Virus record (IMG/VR): IMGVR_UViG_2061766007_000883
Length of the DNA: 59,394 nt
From: an uncultured virus (IMG/VR IMGVR_UViG_2061766007_000883)
Lineage: Duplodnaviria > Heunggongvirae > Uroviricota > Caudoviricetes
Strand: one strand, 5' to 3'
In this document: piece after piece, positions 49,211-59,394 of the stretch
How the letters are laid out: each line of letters begins with the position of its first letter
Position numbering within the stretch: the stretch's first letter is position 1
Translations under genes and position numbers: made by a program
The notes under the pieces: model-generated
The model's input: only the letters and a program-made list of their open reading frames with translations
Database searches by the model: none
Told to the model about the DNA's origin: nothing

Positions 49211-49785
49211 CGTTGTTGTTATTCACATTGACATGGGCGTTCCTCAGTGCCGTGGACGCGGTGCGCGCCTATGTCATCAGCGGAACGGGGCACGAAATCC
49301 TGTGCGACGACCATGTTTTCCGCATGGCGTTCTTCCATACCGAAGAGGACCGCCATCTGTCCGCGAACAGGCAGTACATCCGAGCCTGCTGCCTGCACGG
49401 CATGTTCATACTGGCCATCGGATTCATCACGTACAGGCTGGGAGCCGTGATGTACACGAAGGTGCTCGTGGCCGGGTTTGTGCTGAAGTCCATCGCGTCC
49501 TATCTGATTGGCATGATGTTCTACATTCGCGGCAGGATAGCGGCGATGGGAATCATCCCAAAGCTGGCGAAGCGCACGCCAGTGCCGGACACCAAGCGCA
49601 TAGAGTGGAGCAAGTTGACGGACGACCAGAAGGTCATGGTAGGATGGGCGTCCAGTCCTGATGCCGACTGGGTGGCGTACACCATGTTCGATCAGGTCAT
49701 GTGGATGGTGACGGACATTCTGATGGCCGGCATGTGCCTGCAGACGGCCATCGGGTATGTGGAGTTTCTTGAGAATGGAGGTTGA
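49207..49785 (+). CDS. membrane protein
   Basis: ATGA overlap; multiple TM segments. Confidence 0.7.
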   Translation: MTLLLFTLTWAFLSAVDAVRAYVISGTGHEILCDDHVFRMAFFHTEEDRHLSANRQYIRACCLHGMFILAIGFITYRLGAVMYTKVLVAGFVLKSIASYLIGMMFYIRGRIAAMGIIPKLAKRTPVPDTKRIEWSKLTDDQKVMVGWASSPDADWVAYTMFDQVMWMVTDILMAGMCLQTAIGYVEFLENGG

Positions 49786-49787
49786 AT

Positions 49788-50120
49788 ATGGAACAGGAGT
49801 TTCTCAATAGCATATCCAGCTACTGGATGCTGGTGCTTGGCGCCGCAGTGGAGTTGTTCGCCATATTCCTGGCCATCATGGCGGTGATACTGTGGAAAGA
49901 CCAGAAGTGGCACGTCAAGCTGGCGGCCCGCATCGGCTTGTGCATATTCGCACTGACGTTGTTCTGCATTGTCAAGAGCTACATCCACGCCAAGCAATTG
50001 AGCATAGCCGCGTCTGACCCGTACCTGTGGGGACAGTACCTTCAGGTGAAGGAGCTGGACACGCAGTTCAAGACACTGAAATACCAGTTGCGGGAGAGAC
50101 TCAATACTATGAAGGAGTAG
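49788..50120 (+). CDS. two-TM membrane protein
   Basis: GGAGG RBS. Confidence 0.7.
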   Translation: MEQEFLNSISSYWMLVLGAAVELFAIFLAIMAVILWKDQKWHVKLAARIGLCIFALTLFCIVKSYIHAKQLSIAASDPYLWGQYLQVKELDTQFKTLKYQLRERLNTMKE

Positions 50121-50123
50121 GAC

Positions 50124-50152
50124 AAAGCCCCGGTCATCGGCCGGGGCTTTTT
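50124..50152 (+). terminator. intrinsic terminator
   Basis: AAAGCCCCGG...CCGGGGCTTTTT. Confidence 0.85.
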
Positions 50153-50155
50153 CAT

Positions 50156-50177
50156 TTCTATACTCGGAGTATAAAAT
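50156..50177. promoter_or_regulatory. palindromic site TATACT-CGG-AGTATA, identical to 1568-1589
   Basis: 22-nt exact match, lying between a terminator and an RBS. Confidence 0.7.
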
Positions 50178-50193
50178 TAAACAGGAGAAAACG

Positions 50194-50742
50194 ATGAACG
50201 GATTCAAAATCACGGATTTCTACCGGCATCCGATTTTGTACGGCAAGGAGCTCACGTATGAGCCTGGCCGTACATACAGCGTGACGGGCAAGCCGAACGC
50301 CACGCACTGGGGTTACCATTTCACAACCAATGTATGGCACGTGTACAAGACATGCGGCGAGCATTGCTGGAACCGCATATTCAACGTGGTGCCGAAAGGG
50401 GATATCAGCCATCTAGGAACCACCTGCGCCACGGATACGCTGTTCTTCGGCAACGAGCTCATGCCTGATGAAATAGTCTACCGGATGCTTGAGGAGTACA
50501 AGCAGGAGCCTGAGGACGACGTAGACAAAGCGCGTGTAGCTATACGGTGCTTTCTTACCAATTTGTGGCATTCGGCAAACGCGACCAAAAACGCCATGCG
50601 TGAAAATCTGCGCAACGGTTATAGACTGGCCAAGGCCTCAGATGATTGGCGTGCGCAGTGGAGGCAGGCGTTCGAGCAGAACAAGGACAACGAGCTGGTC
50701 GACCACATCATGCACATCAAGTTAGGAGTATGGCAGCCATGA
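50194..50742 (+). CDS. phage hypothetical protein, paralogue of 50739-51263
   Basis: GFKITDF.R.P..Y...Y..G..Y.V...GYHF...RIF.V...G.I...ELMPDEI. Confidence 0.75.
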   Translation: MNGFKITDFYRHPILYGKELTYEPGRTYSVTGKPNATHWGYHFTTNVWHVYKTCGEHCWNRIFNVVPKGDISHLGTTCATDTLFFGNELMPDEIVYRMLEEYKQEPEDDVDKARVAIRCFLTNLWHSANATKNAMRENLRNGYRLAKASDDWRAQWRQAFEQNKDNELVDHIMHIKLGVWQP

Positions 50743-51263
50743 AAGGATACAAGCTGACAGATTTTCACAGAAGGCCTGCCTTCTATAAGGACAATGGACT
50801 GGTATACGCCGAGGGCGAGTGCTACAAAGTCACCTATGGCCCGTTGGCCGGATATCGCGGCTTCCATTACTGCAAGCATGTGTCTGACCTGTATGAGAAC
50901 ATGTGGCGCTGCGCGTTTGACCGCATCTTCGAGGTAAAGGCGTCTGGCGCAATCCACCAGGACGACGAGATATACGCCACAAGCCACATCCGTTTCATAC
51001 ACGAGCTGACTCCGGACGAGATACTGGACCAGCTGGTGAAGGAGTACGAGGCAATCAAGCACAAAGACGAATCAGGTGTCCTGCTGGGGTTCATCAAGGC
51101 GTTGTATGATTCCGCCGTCAGCGGCGAGCAATATTCCTACATGCGGGTACCTTTACTGACGGACCAGGACACGGATGCCCGGCGTCGTGCATGGCTGGAC
51201 GCCTATAGGAAGCGCACGGATATTGTTCACAAAGTTGTACCTGAAGTGGGAGAACTGAAATGA
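50739..51263 (+). CDS. phage hypothetical protein, paralogue of 50194-50742
   Basis: GYKLTDF.R.P..Y...GFHYC...RIFEV...ELTPDEI. Confidence 0.75.
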   Translation: MKGYKLTDFHRRPAFYKDNGLVYAEGECYKVTYGPLAGYRGFHYCKHVSDLYENMWRCAFDRIFEVKASGAIHQDDEIYATSHIRFIHELTPDEILDQLVKEYEAIKHKDESGVLLGFIKALYDSAVSGEQYSYMRVPLLTDQDTDARRRAWLDAYRKRTDIVHKVVPEVGELK

Positions 51264-51712
51264 CGATGACACTGGAGAAAGTTTTTGCCTGCAAATGCCC
51301 GTATTGCGGTAAGCTGTTCCCTGACGAGGACGAGGGCTTCAAGCATATCAAGGTGGAGCACAGCGGGATGGACACGATGACGTTCTACCGCTACAAGCTG
51401 AAGTACAGCCACGAGCCCGGAGGGCAGACCGAGGTACATATCGACGCCTGCCACGGCACGAAGGAGTCTGCGGACAGCCTCGTCCTCAAGGAGCCCGTCG
51501 TGGAATGGTACGGGACGCGCATCGAGGTCGTGTTCTACGACTACCAGAACACGCGGTTGCATCTGGACACGCAGATAAGAGAGCGCGGACGGATTGCGTT
51601 GAGACATTACTATGACAACAAGGCCGACAGCATGGCGTCCAACTCTATGCGGGTTGATACGCAAAGCGCCTGGCCGACAGAGGAGGAACCTGCAAATGGC
51701 AAACATGTGTAG
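51260..51712 (+). CDS. hypothetical protein with N-terminal C2H2-like Zn finger
   Basis: CPYCGKLF......HIKVEH. Confidence 0.65.
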   Translation: MTMTLEKVFACKCPYCGKLFPDEDEGFKHIKVEHSGMDTMTFYRYKLKYSHEPGGQTEVHIDACHGTKESADSLVLKEPVVEWYGTRIEVVFYDYQNTRLHLDTQIRERGRIALRHYYDNKADSMASNSMRVDTQSAWPTEEEPANGKHV

Positions 51713-52163
51713 CCTGGATTTCACAATCAGATTGCCAGCCCCGGAGAAGCTCCGCAAGGAGATGGACAACTCATTCGGTGACTTCAAGTGGTCGGACGAG
51801 GACGGCGACTGGCACGACATGCTTATTGACACGGTGGAGACAACGGGTGAAACCGAGCTCCACGTCTTCGCGGAAATCAAATGGAGCCTTCGGCAGGACG
51901 AGGCGGAGTCCCTGGTTCGGCTGCTGGCGGATACGTACGATGCGGAATCCCTCACCTGTGATTACTGGGAGGAGGGCTGCGGTGTGTTCGGTACCTACGA
52001 GTGGGATGGAAAGAAGCTCGTGGACAAGCAGGGCGACGCCAGCAAATGGGATGATGAATCGGACGACGACTGGGACTGGAAATGGGGGCTTGTCATGGAG
52101 CATCCGAAGGTTGAGGAAGTCGCCACCATCTACTCCAAGGAGAACGCTAAATCGAGCGCCTAA
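51696..52163 (+). CDS. phage hypothetical protein (acidic; MANMC...KW...EEG pattern)
   Basis: GAGGAGG RBS. Confidence 0.7.
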   Translation: MANMCSLDFTIRLPAPEKLRKEMDNSFGDFKWSDEDGDWHDMLIDTVETTGETELHVFAEIKWSLRQDEAESLVRLLADTYDAESLTCDYWEEGCGVFGTYEWDGKKLVDKQGDASKWDDESDDDWDWKWGLVMEHPKVEEVATIYSKENAKSSA

Positions 52164-52220
52164 TCAGGGCAATATACCTTGAAGGGCATCCTGCCTTTCA
52201 AGCTAGCCGCNNNNNNNNNN

Positions 52221-55200
52221 CGGGACATCGACGTGACGAGGTATTTCCCCGATGGCATGAACGGCGTGCAGAGCAGCAATTCGGCAACCAGCGGATACGT
52301 GAGCGACGAGCTGTATAACGACAAGGCCGTGCAACGAATCTACAAGAAAGTGTTCACGGGAGCCGAGACGTTCTCGTTAATGAGCCCCGCTTCGGGTATA
52401 ACGAACAAGATGTTCCAGAGCGCAGCTTTCACTAACAGGGACACGACAAGGGGTTCTGCGTATGACATGTTCTCTAATTACCTGTCTGTGACTCTACTCA
52501 CCGGCAGCCTGTCAGCAGAGGCCAAGGCCATAGTCAATGGGGGTGGTGCACAGTGGCAGGCGTCTACCACTTCTTTCATGTNNNNNNNNNNGGCACCATC
52601 ACCACGGTCGACGCCTTCAAGGCCAAGCTGAAGGCGCTCTACGACGCGGGCAATCCGCTCATCGTCTGGTACATCCTCAAGACGCCTGTCGTCACGCCCA
52701 TCAACCCCGCCATCAACCTGACTTACAGAGTGGCGGACTTCGGTACGGAGGCCGCGCTGCCTCCCGCCCCCGCGTCCTTCCCGATAGACGCCGTGGTGAA
52801 ATACTCCACGGACTACATGCGGGAGCTCACCCACATGATAGAGGAGGACGTCAGAGGCCGCGTGGACGCGCTAGACGAGCAGATGGATAACAAGGCCGAC
52901 AAGAACGGCGATTACCGCGAGGAGGGCCTCATCGCCAACGCGGCTGGCAACCTCATCGACGCGAACGCCACGCCTGTCCCGGCGCAGTTCTCGTTCCGCA
53001 CGACAGCCGGCGACGCGTCCGTGGCCGCTCAGGGCGTCGCCGAGATGCAGGCCTGCCGTGGCACGACGCACACCTGGAACCAGCTTGCCGAGGACTACCA
53101 CGTCAACACGATGGATGTCTTCGGCGAAGGCCAGGTGACGGACGCCAAGGGAGGTGCGCTGGAGAGCAACGTCTTCCAGGGCGAGACTATCGTCAGCAAC
53201 CAGCTGGTGCCGGCCTCCAAGGAGGCGACGGTGACCGGCACAGGCGTCGTGGAGGTGGAGCACTCCGCCCAGGCGAACGCCAACGCCTTGACCATGATCG
53301 CGCCCAGGAGCGTTGTGGTGAACCAGCTTGTACCGGGTAATTTCAGCTTATCGGAATCCAGTCCTTCGTGGTCTACAGACAACTGCAGGATGACCCAGAG
53401 TTTAGGTTATAGGTCTGTTACCAGGTTGTCTGATTCCGCGAATCCTATCATCTATCATTATGAAGCAGGTATCTGGAAACCAGGACATATATACTGCTCT
53501 GTCATACGTATTAAACCGTATGCAACAGGAATGGTGGTAGAGGTCCAGTATAACGGAAAAGCCGACGTGACTACAATCACCCTTGGTGGCCCAGGGTGGC
53601 AGGTGGTGTCATTGGTACAAACTGCCAGCAGCTCCTACGATGTTTGGAGGCTTACTCTGGACAAGACGCAGTTGCGGGCAGATGTCGATGCCGTGGTCGC
53701 CGATATCTCCGATGTACAAGTTATAGATTTGACCCAGTTGTTTAACGGCGATTCAGAGCTTGTATCTGCTGTGGGCTCATGGGCCGACCTTGTTGCCATG
53801 GTACCGGCCTACTATTCATATGTGCAGAAGACATCCGGTGTGATAACCGGCGTGGTCCCGTCCGTGGCAGTACAGGGCAAGAACCTGTTTGACATATCCC
53901 CGTTTAGTACGGACACTACGGTATCTCTCTACCGCATAGATGATGTTATTTACACGACAGGATATGCTAATGCTGCCGGCAAATCCTTGCGAGCATTGCT
54001 GCCTGGTGTGCGTGCAGGGCAGACAGTCATTTTCAGCGGTGATTTCACAAAAGTGTCAGGCGCTGGTTTTGGCGGGTCCATACGTGTTCTTAACCCAAGA
54101 ACGAACAAATGGTTTGACCTGCTTAACGGAGTCAACTCAGACACCACGGAGACAAGGCACTATGCCCAAGTTCGCGTGCTTACCGAGGAAATGCTTAGGG
54201 GCAGTGTATATATCTATGGAACACAGGCTACGGACTCTGAATCGCCTTTGTTCAAGATGGAGCATATACAAGCGGAATACGGTACAGTCGAAACGCCATA
54301 CGTACAACATGATGCTGTCGGTACGTTCAGCAACGAGCAGCCACTGCTGTTCGCAGTAGGTGATACGGCGGATTCTGCGGACCTTGTCTCTGGCAGCTGT
54401 ATAAAAGGCACCGGGTCTTATACGTTCACAGGAGAGGAGCGACTTATATTGTCCGATTGGGCTCACCAAGACGGAACATACGCGGTTTGTCTGCATCGCT
54501 CCAATTTCCCGGATATAGGATACGGGGACCAGGCAAAAGTGTATGTGATATGTGATTCTTTGCCGGGCGTTCGCTACGGGGGTGCCTCGGGCGTAGCAGG
54601 CGGAACGGTGGGTGTGGCCGTGTACACAGGCTACTCGGATTACGGTCTATTCGTGCGCGTGCCATCGTCTGTCGCCACAGACGACGCCTCTCTGCTGGCT
54701 TGGTTGGTAGGGAAAACCATTTTGTATGCGCGATATGAAACCGAGACCATATCCGGCACGGGTAACGACATACCGATGAAGGCTGGCATAAACAGTGTGG
54801 TATCTTCTATCGAGGATATGCCTGCCAGACTCATGCTCGGCTACGATACCACGGCGTTCAGCATCGACCTCGACCCCGCACGCAGCTACTACACGAAGCT
54901 GTCCGGCGTCGAGTCCATCCAGACGGGCCTCTCCACGCTGGCCGTGGACGCCACCCGGGACAAGGTCATGGATCTCAACCTGGCCTACGCCGAGAACCGC
55001 CCGTCCACCGTGGACGAGCTCAAGTCCCGGTACCCGGGCGTGGCTTCGCTTGGAGCCTACGACAGGGGGCACTTCGTGCACGCCTCTGGCGGCGTGTGGA
55101 CCACGGGCGTGTGGAACCAGCTAATCCAGAACGGTGATTTCAGCAACGGAACGACGGGGTGGACACTGGCTTCAGGAAATTGGTCAAGTGAGCTCGTGGA

Positions 55201-57823
55201 TGGTGCCCTGGTATCCACGAGAACCGGAGACACATCTGGTGGTATAGCTTCGCCTTCTGTGGCTCAGACGACACATACGTACCTTATGCTGGCAAGAGCT
55301 TCCGCCAGCAACGCGACATCACTCACTGTGTCGGTAACTGGTTTGAGTCTGGAAAAGGTGCCTATTGTAGACGGGTACATGTCTGCGATATACACGTATA
55401 CGTCCACAAGACAGGCCAACATACATATTTCGCGTCAGAGCGATAATGGCGGTACGCGGGATCTAGGCGAAACATTCACGCTGTATTCGCTGCAACTCAT
55501 CGACCTTACCGCCCTCTGCGGTGCCGGCAACGAGCCCGCCACCGTCGAGGAGGCGAAGGCCTACTGCGCGTCCATCGGGCACGACCTCACGGAGTATCAG
55601 GCTTACGACGCCGGCACGCCGCTTGGCGGGAGCGTCGACCTGACGGGGATTGAGCTGAAAGGATTCAGAAATACCTACGCAGCGTATTATGAAACGTACA
55701 ACGCGGAGACGGGAGCCAGGGAGAACTCGATAGCCGCATATGTGTTCACGGGCAACGAGACGTGGGGTAGATACGTGTCCAACAGCATATGCACAGCATA
55801 TACCTTCAGTTTGCCTGGCAAAGTCGGAAACGAACACGCCGTATGGCTTCCTGTTCCTTTTGTCAAAGGGCAAAGCGTGTCCGCCGTCTCGTCCGGGTAC
55901 AGGACACCGAATTTATATACTGGATACTCATCAGACACCAGGCTGTTCATATCTTCTGGTGGAACAGATGACACTGTTGCGTTTGCCCGATCTATGGCAG
56001 GTGTCTGTGTCTTGTACCTGACTAGCACGGCAACGACCACTATCCAGCAGCAGCACGTCACCCTGCAGCCAGGATTCAACACCTTCTATCAAGCCTCCCT
56101 CGGTACGCTCGCCCCCCACGACGTGATGACGTACCTCGGCACGGAGTGGACACTCAAGCTCGGATCCGGCCGCAAGTACCTCTACAGGCACGAGGGCGTG
56201 GACACGATGCTCACGCCGTCCTCCAATATGGACCAGCCCATCGTCAGCGGCGACAAGCTGGTGGACCTCACCTGGTTGTTCGGCAAGACCGCCAACGTGC
56301 CCGCCACGCTGGAGGACTGCTACGCGCTGTATCCGCACATGCGCGGCGACATGCCGTACTGCGCCTCCAAGATGATGAACTTCACCGGCACGGCGCTGAA
56401 GACCGTCGGGTTCAACCTGTGGGACGGTAGTGTTATTGGCAATAAGCGTTATATCAAGAGTAACGGAGAAATAAAAACGACAGGAGCTGACCCTTATAGT
56501 GTTTCTGATTATGTCAGAATCGTTGGTGGTTTAGAGTACGAAATAACCAACGTTAGTGGTAGTTCTACAGCCATATGTTGGTACGACATCGACAAGAACT
56601 TCATCAGCGGTAGCAACTACGGCAGCGTCAGTGCGGTTAAAAGGTACGCTCCGGATAATGCCTGTTATACAAGGTTTAGTGTGACTACGGCAAATATACC
56701 AAATACCGTCTTCCACCTCTGCTGGAGGGGATACCGCAACTACGGTACACCTGGCTACGCCTACGAACCCTACAGGGAGTCGGTGCGCGACATGCGCGTC
56801 ACGGACTGGTTCCCGGACGGGCTGGCGTCCGATGCAGAAACTGGAATCTACGACGAATTGACACAGACAAAGGCCATCAAGCGTATCTATAGACGCGTGT
56901 TGACCGGTGAAGAAACCTGGAACAACCCCGAGGCAAATAACGGTAATCGCTATTTTGCGACATCTGCGGCCAAGATAGGCAGCGGCAATAGAAAGGCGGG
57001 AAGCGCAACAACCGTGAGATGCAACATTACGCATTCTGGGGCGTTCAGCGCCTTCTTCGCTTTGGGTGAAGGCGTTGTCAACTTCTCGGGTACATCGGCA
57101 GGCAATGACTTCCGCATCATGCTACCCTATTCCTACTACAACACGATTACAACAGCGGCTCAATTGCAGTCGTTCCTCAGGACTAGGTACGAATCCGGAG
57201 ACCCTGTGGTTCTGCAATGGCCTCTCGCCACGCCCGTCGAGACCGACATCTCCGAGGAAATCCCGCAGCTGTCCTACAACTACGAGGACTTCGGTCTGGA
57301 GGAAATCATTCCGCCGAACGAGGAAGTGCCATATACGCCACCGGCCAACCTGCTGATAGTCTACCAGAAGGACTTCACCAGGGACGTCGCCAACCTTCCC
57401 GAGAACTACATCTCAAAGGAGTCGATGGCGGACCTCAACGCGCAGCTAGGCCCGGCTCTCAACGGGACAATCTCCGGTGAATACAACCCAGCAACGGGCA
57501 AGTTCGAGTTCTCGTTTACTAGGAATCCTACGGTGGCCGCCCTGGCGGCCAACGCTGCTGCGCCATCGCTAAACATCGGCATGACCTACACGCAATCGCC
57601 CACGGTGAATGTAACGTACGCGCTGCCGACGCCCAGCGACCTGACGCAGGACAACACCGTAATCGTGGACGTTACCTGCAGCAACCATACCATCACGTTC
57701 AAGCAGGGCGCGACGACGCTCACGCCGCAGCAGCCGATAGCGCCTACTACGGGTGTTAAGTACAAGTTCATCTGCACGTACAGCTTCTCGGCGTGGAAGG
57801 TGTTCGCACTGGAGGTGACATGA
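52221..57823 (+). CDS. giant modular tail fibre/adhesin, C-terminal half (module 2b, module 3, C-terminal domain)
   Basis: Begins mid-module (RDIDVTRYFPDG...DEL) where 33882 stops; second 10-N gap at 52582-52591; same module framework as 29788-32580. Confidence 0.8.
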
Positions 57824-59154
57824 ACATAAGGCAGAACATGGTGAACGGCCTGCTCGCCATAGCGGGGCAGGCCGTGACGGACGATATGCCGGGCTTCTAC
57901 CGGGTCGGCTGGCTTGCCTCCGAGGGCGCGGCCAAGATAGACACAGGCGTTCCCGGCGCGAACGACAACCTGAAGATAGAGTGCCGGTTCAAGTACGACG
58001 GCTATGCCACATGGAAGTCGTTCTACGGCTCGTACACAAACGAGTCCACTAACTGCACGCGCCTGATCCTGACCAACAGCGACAACGGCGGCATGTACGC
58101 GTATCTGAATACCAAGGCAGGCGGCGGTCTGACCTCGCTGACCGCGAATCCAAAGGCCGGATGGCATGACTTCAGCATGGACAAGAACAAGACGTCGCTG
58201 GACGGCACTGTTGTGAACACTACTACCACCAAGGGCACCACCGCGTCCTCGACGCTGACAATAAAGTTGTTCACGCACGCCCTCAATGCGACGGATACCG
58301 CGTGCACCGTGTATCTGGACTCGTTCAGGATATACGACAACGGTACGCTCATCAGGAACTACGTATCTGTCGTCAGGCTGTCGGACGGAAAGCCTGGCAT
58401 GTATGACAAATGCGGGTCCATATGCCCGCTGACATTGTCTCCGTTCTATATCAGCACATCAGAGACGGAGTTCACATGGGGCGACAAGGAATACGTCTAC
58501 ACGCCTGACCTGTGGCTGGAGGCAGATACCTACAGCTCGACGGCGTGGACGAACAAGGGCTCAGGCGGATACGACCTAACGCGTAGCGGAAGCAATAACA
58601 AGGCTGTAGTACAGGACAATGCCGTAGTGGCCACCAGCTCTGCGCAGTTGCAGATGTACATAGCCAGGAATGTGGTCGGCACTGGCTCATTCAGCATCGA
58701 GGCCGTCGCCGCACCAAGCTCCGCATTGGCCAGTACGCAATACGGCGGCTGGCTGTGCGAACAGCGGACAAATGGCGACACACAGGCCGGCTCAATCCAA
58801 TATTGTATTAATAAAAGCGGAACCACCACACTCGGAGGCTGGGACGCTTCGCAGCAATCCATTTGGACAGGCATGACGGCACCGTCATATGTGGCCGATA
58901 CCATCCAGTATCTTGCTGCCGGATACGACACGACCGGTAGGAAGCTCTGGACTCAGGTCAACGATGATGTGCATATAAAAAGCGGGTTGAGTTTCTCCTG
59001 TACTGTCGCACGATTCGATGTCGGCTATGCGCCGTGGAATCCGGTTATCCCGTATCTTGGATCGTTATATTCTCTGCGTGTGTATACAAAGGCGCTGTCT
59101 GAGAAGGAGCGGCTGTTTAACAGACTGATAGACAGGCAGCGGTTCGGGTTCTGA
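57820..59154 (+). CDS. virion/adhesion protein with concanavalin A/LamG-like beta-sandwich domains
   Basis: GGAGG RBS; ATGA overlap; KIDTG...FRIYDNGTLIRNYV..VR..DG.PGMYD and GSLYSLRVYTKALS motifs. Confidence 0.65.
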   Translation: MNIRQNMVNGLLAIAGQAVTDDMPGFYRVGWLASEGAAKIDTGVPGANDNLKIECRFKYDGYATWKSFYGSYTNESTNCTRLILTNSDNGGMYAYLNTKAGGGLTSLTANPKAGWHDFSMDKNKTSLDGTVVNTTTTKGTTASSTLTIKLFTHALNATDTACTVYLDSFRIYDNGTLIRNYVSVVRLSDGKPGMYDKCGSICPLTLSPFYISTSETEFTWGDKEYVYTPDLWLEADTYSSTAWTNKGSGGYDLTRSGSNNKAVVQDNAVVATSSAQLQMYIARNVVGTGSFSIEAVAAPSSALASTQYGGWLCEQRTNGDTQAGSIQYCINKSGTTTLGGWDASQQSIWTGMTAPSYVADTIQYLAAGYDTTGRKLWTQVNDDVHIKSGLSFSCTVARFDVGYAPWNPVIPYLGSLYSLRVYTKALSEKERLFNRLIDRQRFGF

Positions 59155-59187
59155 CACTACAGTATAGGACAAAAGGAGGCATAAGTC

Positions 59188-59394
59188 ATGAAAAGATTCG
59201 CCCTAATCTGCTTTCTCATCTGCGCGCTCGGCCTAGCCGATAATCCGTCCAAGCCCGTCATCCATCTGGCCTCCTCGCCTGGGCAGGTCACGTACTACAG
59301 CTCACCATTCACGGAGGTTTACAAGTTTGACTTCCAGTACCTAGAATGGAACGCCTTCGTCAAGAAGCACAAGTATGGCTACACCCTCGTTGAG
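59188..59394 (+). CDS. secreted hypothetical protein (partial)
   Basis: AAGGAGG RBS; signal peptide MKRFALICFLICALGLA. Confidence 0.6.
   Translation, partial: MKRFALICFLICALGLADNPSKPVIHLASSPGQVTYYSSPFTEVYKFDFQYLEWNAFVKKHKYGYTLVE

Noticed and set aside
33893..52210. Integrated mobile element interrupting the fibre gene
   Set aside because: No integrase, transposase or terminal repeats; both ends are 10-N gaps, and the block shares regulatory motifs with the rest of the phage.
28047..59154. Diversity-generating retroelement acting on the fibre
   Set aside because: No reverse transcriptase, and I found no TR/VR pair differing only at adenines in the window.
59152..59168. Fourth TATACT/AGTATA palindrome
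   Set aside because: Only the right half (AGTATA) is present.
1..59394. Stop-codon reassignment
   Set aside because: Known genes are full length under the standard code, and TAA, TAG and TGA all occur as stops next to downstream starts.

Overview
A 59-kb segment of a large, GC-rich tailed-phage genome, read with the standard genetic code. Genes are dense, mostly on the + strand, and many are coupled through ATGA overlaps. Recognisable genes: class III ribonucleotide reductase (nrdD), co-transcribed with a CxxC redoxin and a compact GcvH-like lipoyl-carrier homologue; nrdG; dUTPase; a degenerate NadE-like protein; a sigma70-family factor with PVC/Lentisphaerae-like wording; a DUF2828 (TROVE/Ro-like) vWA protein behind a hairpin-dense 380-nt non-coding region; a ThyX-like protein; an Aah/TibC-family heptosyltransferase; and a very large modular fibre/adhesin protein. 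There are also several expanded families of hypothetical paralogues. The scaffold has many N gaps, and protein continuity shows misordered pieces at the 10-N gaps. The fibre gene breaks at 33882 and resumes at 52221, and segments 18578-18845 and 18856-18986 are swapped. Best candidates for new biology: (1) a lipoyl-carrier/redoxin/NrdD electron relay; (2) phage protein heptosylation; (3) a cassette-like mosaic fibre; (4) structured ncRNAs with shared promoters and GCCAU/AUGGC loops next to the Ro-like gene; (5) a family of CT-NNN-AG-centred intergenic palindromes. Family assignments come from motifs recognised by eye; no database searches were run.
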